Source: Octopus vulgaris
Lineage: Eukaryota
NCBI GenBank assembly: GCA_951406725.2
Contig: OX597824.1
Span: 63,116,001 to 63,180,000, forward strand
DNA length: 64,000 nt
Reading direction: 5' to 3'
The translations under genes and the position numbers were made by a program. Shown piece by piece: positions 56,401-64,000 of this stretch. The first letter of the stretch is position 1; each line of letters opens with the position of its first letter. The notes below the pieces were generated by a model. It ran no database searches and had not been told where the DNA came from. It was given only the letters and a program-made list of their open reading frames with translations.

Positions 56401-56428
56401 TATATGCATGTATACTGATGTATATATA

Positions 56429-58060
56429 CAGGGTGACCCAAAAAGATGTGTACACAGTTTAGCAGCTGATAACTCAGTTGATGTTTTTTTTTCTTTCCAG
56501 ATGAAGCCCATTGGAATTAATGATGGCAGTCAGACAAAGCTTTGGACATAGGGAATTCATTCTAAAATGCTTCTGGAAGTGTGAAAACGCAGTTGAAATG
56601 CAAAGACAGTTGAGGAGGGAGTCTCAAACAGATCCACCAATGCGACTTACCACCACTCGAATTAGACATATGTTTGAATTCGACGGAACCGTTCAGGATA
56701 TCCACAAGAAGCGTTCCAGAAGAGCACAAACATCGACAACTCCCACAGAGCATGAAAGAGTGCTGCAAACATATCACCACAGTCCACGAAAATGTCTGCA
56801 GCAAGCGAGTTGTGAGTTAGGTACTTCAAAAATCATCTGTCCAATGCATTTTGAAGCGTTTTCAATGGAAATATGACGTTCCAAGATTAATCCATGCTAT
56901 GAATGACGATGATCCAAACCGAAGAGTGCAGTATTGCGAGTGGTGCTTGCCACGAGGTGTAGAAGATGCACACTTTCCAACAAAGATTGTGTGGAGTAAT
57001 GAAGCTACATTCAAACTAAATGGTTCAATTAACCGCCACAATTGCACCTACTGGAAGCCTGAGAAACCCCATATTATAGTGGATCACCATGTAAATTTAC
57101 CAGGAGTTACAGTGTGGTGTGGCGTATCATCAGGAGAATTAATTGGACCATTCGTTTTGACGCAACTGTGACTGGTTCTGTTTACTTGAACTTGCTGCAA
57201 CAGTCTGTCATACCAAGCATTAGAGAAGACTTTGAAGATGAGTTTTATTTTCAGAAAGATAGGGCACCCCCGCATTACCATCGCGATATTAGATCCTTCC
57301 TTGATGACATTTTGCCAGACTGGTAGATTGGGCGAAGGGGTTTTGTTAAATACCCTCCGCGTTCACCAGACCTCACACCACTAGACTTCTTTTATGGGAA
57401 ACCTAAATGACAGAGTATACGCTATGAAACCTGCAACAGTTGCTGATTTGAGAGCAGCCATTGAACTGGAATGCACACAGATACCAAACGAATTGTTTCA
57501 TGATGATTGCAATTCCATTGCTTCGTGTTGTCAACAGTGCCTGAAACAGAACAGACAAGTTTGAAAACAGGCGTTGACAAAACAATAAAATAATATCTGA
57601 AGATTTTGAAAATGAAATATATTTTAATAAACACCTACTTTACAATTATTTAAAACTAGCAGTATCGCCCGGCGTTGCTCAGGTTTGTAAGGGAAATAAC
57701 TATAAAGCATTTTTAGAGAGTTATAGCCAAAAAATATCAAAAAAATGGGAAAAAAATGATGGTAAATTTTTTTGAGAGTTAAAAAAGGTGGAGTTGCATC
57801 CCCTAGACGGTCTGTGGTTTGGGTTTCTGATTCTCGACCCCATGTCGAATTTATCGATTTTTTTCAGAACTGGGGGAATTTTTCAAAATTTTCGCTGCGT
57901 TAGTTTTGAATTATGACATTGGGCTATGTGTGTGTCAAGTTTCATCAGAATCGGTTGAAAGCCGTGGTCAGAGTGAGGGTACGAGAAAACAGACACACAG
58001 AAAACGCACAGACAAACTGCCGTTTATATAGAGAGAGATGTGTATACATTTTTGGGGACA

Positions 58061-58062
<2 letters not shown>
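56429..58062 (+). mobile_element. Tc1/mariner DD41D (rosa/Visitor-type) transposon, full length, decayed
   Basis: TA, cagggtgacccaaaaagatgtgtacaca ... tgtgtatacatttttggggacacc, TA. Motifs [17 protein letters not shown] and FQKDRAPPH...YPPRSPDLTPLDF; I count 41 residues between the second and third D. Confidence 0.93.
57656..58038 (-). mobile_element. Non-autonomous Helitron
   Basis: The minus strand starts TCtctctctatataaacggc and ends cctgagcaacgccggg (hairpin)...actgCTAG. It sits between host A and T with no target-site duplication. Confidence 0.9.
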
Positions 58063-58097
<35 letters not shown>

Positions 58098-59178
58098 AGA
58101 GAGTGAGACACAGAGAGAGTGAGAGACAGAGAGAATGAGAGACAAAGAGAATGAGAGACAGAGAGAGTAAGAGACAGAGAGAGTGAGAGATAGAGAGAGA
58201 GATCATAGATATGATCCAAATATCCTCCGTGTAGAAGATACTTAGTAGTGCTCAAAATATTCAAACTTAGAATCCGATGTCTTTACAGGGGATCATTTCA
58301 CAAAGAAAAGAAAGGCTAAACGAGGGATCAAGTGGAGCGGGTGAACAGACAAGTATTCAGATAAGTAAGTTAGATGCCTCAAATATATGTTAAATATATT
58401 GAATACATGAAATACCAAATATGTATATATGTATACATGCAAAACGACAAAGGTGAAAACTTTCGGATGATGAATTTTTATGTATGAATATATAGATATT
58501 TATTTAAAAAATAAGTCCAATCTACAGAGAGTACAAACGATAGAGGAAATTAAAGGAGTAGAAGAAAGAAGTTATAAGTCCAACAGCTCTTTCGGAGGGC
58601 TCGGCGAACCATAATAATGTTGGTACATTTGGTACATCACAATATGCGGCCTTATGTATGCAATTGACATTGGATGAGACGAGCCTCCATGTCAGAGTAG
58701 AGGAGAGGAGATCTTACATTTCTTATCTTATTCAGATTGTAATGCAAAGTTCAAAGAAGGAATATATAATTGCCTCGATATATATATATTAGACATTGCG
58801 AGACTACTAACTGAGTGTAGAACTCAATATCCCTATGTTTCAGAAGGAGGTGTTAGAGGAGTGTAGAGCGGTAATAAGAAGAGGAGATGACACAGGAAAA
58901 ACAATCATTATTAGCTTACAGATATGTCTGCTATGACATGTAGTGGATACGTAGTTGAGTGCCTGAATAACATCCTAAAGCTTCATCGGAGCCTCGAATA
59001 CGAAGTGCAATTTATTCTGGGGAAAACAATTACGTTTGTGCAATATACAGAGAAGGCATTATCAGTGAAAGTTATAACTCAACTAAGAGAGCATTGGGTC
59101 TAATAGCAGAAACAGCTGTAACCTAATGAAGTTCAAAACACAATTATTTTATCCTGTATCGAACACACACACACACAC

Positions 59179-59224
<46 letters not shown>

Positions 59225-59247
<23 letters not shown>

Positions 59248-59287
59248 GATAGATAGATAGATAGATAGATAGATCGATCGATCGATC

Positions 59288-59357
<70 letters not shown>
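59225..59357. repeat. (GA)n/(TAGA)n microsatellite
   Basis: Directly visible. Confidence 0.95.
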
Positions 59358-59787
59358 CAGATATTTTTTTCGTTTTTCTCCTTCTCATTCCTGTCAGTGT
59401 TTCCTGTCTGTTTCATTGTTAGTTAAGCAGCAACGACTCTGATTAACAAAACACAGTCTTCGTGATGATGTTTTATTTAGTGCTGTTTATCTTAATGAAT
59501 CATCAGTTGAACGCAATTAAAATAGGGACTACATGTGAAACTTTATGCTTTATGCTAAATATATTGTTCTTAAAGATAGCTTCAGCCGACTCTGTATACA
59601 CACGCAAATCGGTACAACTTGAACATGGCCAAGACAAATAATCTAAACCTGATATTCTAGCAGAGAAATATGTTTTACTAAGGTTTTTTGAATGATTTGT
59701 TGTGCATTATGACAGCCTCAATGAAGGTATATTAACCTACTAGATATATTAGCCATATCACCCTCTTATAATATATTGGCTTCAACT

Positions 59788-59990
59788 TTTAGCACAAAGT
59801 CAGCAAGTTCGGGCGAAGTGGTAAGTCGACTTCACTGAACTCAGTGGTCAACTGGCACTTATTTAATCGACTCCGAAAAAGGTAAAAGGCAAGATCAACA
59901 TCGGTGAATTTTGAACTCAGAATGTAAAGATTACAAAATGCCATTACCAATTTTGCCTGACGTACTAACGATACTGCCAGCTCTCCGCTT
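59788..59990 (-). mobile_element. SINE with Nin/Deu-like domain
   Basis: Homologous to 45332-45543. Confidence 0.75.
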
Positions 59991-60267
59991 TCCCTCATGA
60001 AATATATTTACGTTTTCAGAGAAGTGCCAGTTAAAAAATGTAGGCTTAAAGACAATCATCTGAAGAGAAAATTAGAATTGTAGAAGAAAACTTAGAATCA
60101 TAGATTTGCATCAATGAGGATTGAGCTCAGACGATATTTAACATCTGCTTGAATAAATTCATACATAAGGCTAAACTGTTTTGCATCAATCTTCGCGTAA
60201 AATTAGAAATACGCACGCACACACACACTCACACACATACACACACTCATATATATATATATATATA

Positions 60268-60313
<46 letters not shown>

Positions 60314-60417
60314 GTGTGTATAAATAAATAAATATAAAATATATATATAAGCGAATATATATATATATAAATGATTTTTCCATGCTGACGATAAACATAG
60401 GATAATTCATTCACCTA

Positions 60418-60497
<80 letters not shown>

Positions 60498-60587
60498 TAA
60501 TCCAAACAAGAAAACAAAAAGACAACAACGCAAAGGATGTGGAACAAATAAAGTATTATTGGACGCTCAGGAAAGAAGGGAAGGAGG

Positions 60588-60622
60588 GTTTGACGTTTCG
60601 AGAGGAGCTCTTCGTCGGAAAC
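60588..60622 (-). ncRNA. Minimal hammerhead variant in a PLE-like remnant next to (TA)n
   Basis: gttt-CCGACGA-a-gag ctcct ctc-GAAA-cg-TC-aaac. Stem I is gttt/aaac and an ACGT palindrome replaces stem III. The core has U4C and an extra A. Confidence 0.6.
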
Positions 60623-61178
60623 ATAGGAGAAAGAAAGATCCCGAGACGGGAGGACAGAGGAAAAAAAATTGCAGGTAGTATTCACGAGGTCACATACTAA
60701 AAAGACGGAAGTGGTAAAAAGGGAGGAAAATCTTTTTAAAAACAAGAGAGCTGAATCAAAGAAGGAATGGTAAAAAAGGTGTGCGAGATGACAAGGGTGT
60801 GTGTGTGAGTGTGTGCGTGTGTGTGTATGTGTGCGTATGGTGGACAATGGCTAGTAGCAGAGAGTAGTAGAATTAAAGGAGTGGTGTGGGGGTACCCTAG
60901 CAAGTCAGAAAGGCAGGTCAGAAACAGGGAGGTATGTGTGTGCGCGTGGATATGTATCGTGTGTGTGTTTTGTTGTAGTATGTGTCAGTGTGTACGTGTG
61001 CGTTTTTTTGTGTGTAAGGCGAGTAACTGTGCTTAACTTAGTGTATGTGTGCGTGTGTGCTTGTACGTGCTTGTGTGTGTATATATACGTATGTATAATT
61101 GTGTGCGTGTATGTATGGTTGTGTGCCGTATGGGATGTATGTGTGGGTTTATTTGTGTGTGTGTGCGTGCGCGTGGAG

Positions 61179-61234
<56 letters not shown>

Positions 61235-61833
61235 ATATATATACAAACACACGCACATATATTTGGAGATATCATGTAAGGTTAGTTTGTATATATGTGT
61301 ACGAGTGTTGGAATGTGTACATTTAAAGGAGTTGCGTATTATATATACGTCGTTGTAAGTGTGGATATGTGTGTGTGTGTGTGGATGTTATACGATTCGA
61401 ACCAAAATGAAAACAACTTCAGTTCAAAGGAACAATAATGTTGACAAAAATAAAGTGGAAAACAAAGTGATGGCTACGTTGATAATGCTTTATTAAACAA
61501 TTTTAATGGAACGACATTCCCAAATAATTTGACACAAGGAGAGAAACTCTAGTGGAGAATGGCTGTAATGATGTGATACAATCGTAGATTACAGATTATT
61601 GATAGTAAAATGAAATGGCTGGGTTAGGGCTAACGCCAAGCTCTCAGTATTTAAGTGTCAGCTGTCATATTAGTTTTCCACGAACAAGTAAGTACTATAC
61701 TAAATGAATTATCACTCGACCTAAACAGCACGCAGCTAACTATACTGGTGAGTGTTACAGTACTTTCGGCCATGTTATGATATATTATTGATTTTTACAT
61801 CACTCTTCAACTCACTGCATATCTCTGTATATG

Positions 61834-61835
<2 letters not shown>

Positions 61836-61901
<66 letters not shown>

Positions 61902-61911
61902 CATATATGTA

Positions 61912-61979
<68 letters not shown>

Positions 61980-61993
61980 CATACATTCATGTA

Positions 61994-62040
<47 letters not shown>

Positions 62041-62390
62041 GAATGTAGATATGGGGCTAGAAGTGAGTGATTGTGTCTATCTCTAAAGCGTATCTATTTC
62101 CATATTTAGTAGTAAAAGTGCCATTAATATGTAAGTCACTTTGTTCCGCTTGAAGTAATTGCTTTCTACTAATAGTGATTACTTAACAACACTAATTTAG
62201 CGTTCGATAAGCCTACAGTCTGACAAGCACAAAGATGATATACATATGTATATAGGTAGGTGTATACATATAATTGTATACACTCGCACAAATTATATCC
62301 GCAGGCTCATTTAAATTGAAATGCAACACCTGTTTATATATATTATAGTATAAGTATCTTCACGACAATCTCCATTCTCTATTCTCTCTT

Positions 62391-62470
<80 letters not shown>

Positions 62471-62476
62471 TGAGTA

Positions 62477-62507
<31 letters not shown>

Positions 62508-62509
62508 GC

Positions 62510-62573
<64 letters not shown>

Positions 62574-62735
62574 GTACGTATGTATATATATGTATATGTA
62601 TATATATACACACATATATATATACATATATATATATATATATGTGTGTGTGTCTGTATATGCGTGTGCATGTATATATGTATGTGCATGTATGTATTTA
62701 TGCATGGATGTATGTTTGTATGCATGCATGCACGT
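61836..62735. repeat. Large (TA)n/(TG)n/(TATG)n compound microsatellite blocks
   Basis: Directly visible at 61836-62040 and 62390-62735. Confidence 0.95.
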
Positions 62736-63171
62736 TTGTGTATATTTTTCTATCTAGGCCTATGGTAAAATTAGATAATTGTGCACAAAAAAAGCCTTAT
62801 CTTTGAAGAAAAGTCCTTCGCTTGTGAGAGACATATTAAAAAAGAGAAAATTTTCTACCTGAACTGAGAATATAAACGTCTGAAAGAAGGAGTAGTATGC
62901 GGCTGCTAGAGAGCTGCTGATTAAAATTATCACGGATATTTTTATCACTGTTGAGACTGGTAAAATGGTTGAGGCACCTCGTGGTTCACAGAGTAGAAAT
63001 GAAAAGTTACGTTGGTGTATGCACTTTACTGAAATGGTGGATAATCCTGGAAAAACACACACATGAATACGCATATACACACACTCATATTTATATGTAT
63101 GCCTTTTTCATCTTCTACTAAAGTTGGTACGTTTGTCAGACCACTAAGTTACGGGGATGTAAACTTTCGAA

Positions 63172-63546
63172 CAGATGAAGCCCATTGGAATTAATGATGG
63201 CTGTCAGACTAAGCTTTGAACAAAGGAAATTCATTCTAAATTGCTTCTGGAAGTGTGAAAATGCAGTTGAAGTGTAAAGACAGTTTAGGAGGGAATTTCA
63301 AACAGATCCACCAATGAGACTTACCACCACTCGAATTAGAGATATGTTTGAAATCGATGGAACTGTTCAGAATATCCACAAGAAGCGTTCCAGAAGACCA
63401 CGAACATCGACAACTTCCACGAAGCATGAAGGAGTGCTGCAAACGTATCACCACAGTCCAAGAAAATGTGTGCGGCAAGCGAATCGTGGGGTAGGTATTT
63501 CAAAATCGTCTGTCCAACGCATTTTGTAGCGTTGTCAATGGAAATC
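63172..63546 (+). mobile_element. 5' coding fragment of the same DD41D transposon
   Basis: Colinear with 56498-56872 (MRLTTTRIRDMFEIDGTVQNIHKKRSRRPRTS). Confidence 0.9.
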
Positions 63547-63568
63547 CTGGACAAACACACACACATGC

Positions 63569-63628
<60 letters not shown>

Positions 63629-63739
63629 GTATGTATGAATGACTTTTTTATCTTTTACTAAAGTTATTACTTTTGTCAGACCACTAATTTAAGGGGATGT
63701 AAACTCCAGAACCCCGGATTACAAACACAGACAGACACA

Positions 63740-64000
63740 CACATCATATATATATATATATTCGAACCTCAAAAATTTAGAATGGAAAAATTTAACTGAA
63801 CTGCAAAACGACAAAAAACCGACATTCACAGTATCAGTCAAAGGATGTACTGTAATTCCGATAGGCACAGAATACTACAAAAGCCTATATATCCATGCTA
63901 TAAAACGATACCGTTTACGAAAAATTTGTAATCTATAAGCAACGAAAATCAATGAAAAATCTTGGATCCTTAATTCATGTACATCGAAAAGGTCTGACAG
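63740..64000 (+). mobile_element. Probable PLE pre-RT fragment running off the window
   Basis: SNLKNLEWKNLTELQNDK...VKGCTVIPIGTEYY resembles the PLE motif NL...E..AL..L..D..I.I..ADKG..VV; it begins at a (TA)n tract. Confidence 0.5.

Overview
AT-rich, microsatellite-dense animal DNA that reads as intergenic or deep-intronic. The SINE repertoire and repeat density suggest a coleoid cephalopod such as Octopus (inference, not a database result). I cannot support any intact host protein-coding gene, tRNA, rRNA or CRISPR array: the long ORFs are either microsatellite artefacts or decayed transposon coding sequence. The window holds Penelope-like elements (PLEs; Naiad-type RT and GIY-YIG), R4/Dong-type, CR1-like, RTE and L1/Tx1-like LINE fragments, mariner (DD34D) and DD41D (rosa/Visitor) transposons, a non-autonomous Helitron, MITEs and many tRNA-derived SINEs. 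The most interesting layer is RNA structure. There are about nine hammerhead ribozyme (HHR) or HHR-relic motifs from different PLE-like families, mostly beside (TA)n tracts. They include one fully canonical type I HHR (1502-1586, minus) and a young, about 99% identical 272-bp-arm fold-back (45761-46416) carrying a hammerhead on each strand. All structures were read by eye and none were computed; decayed-element boundaries are approximate.
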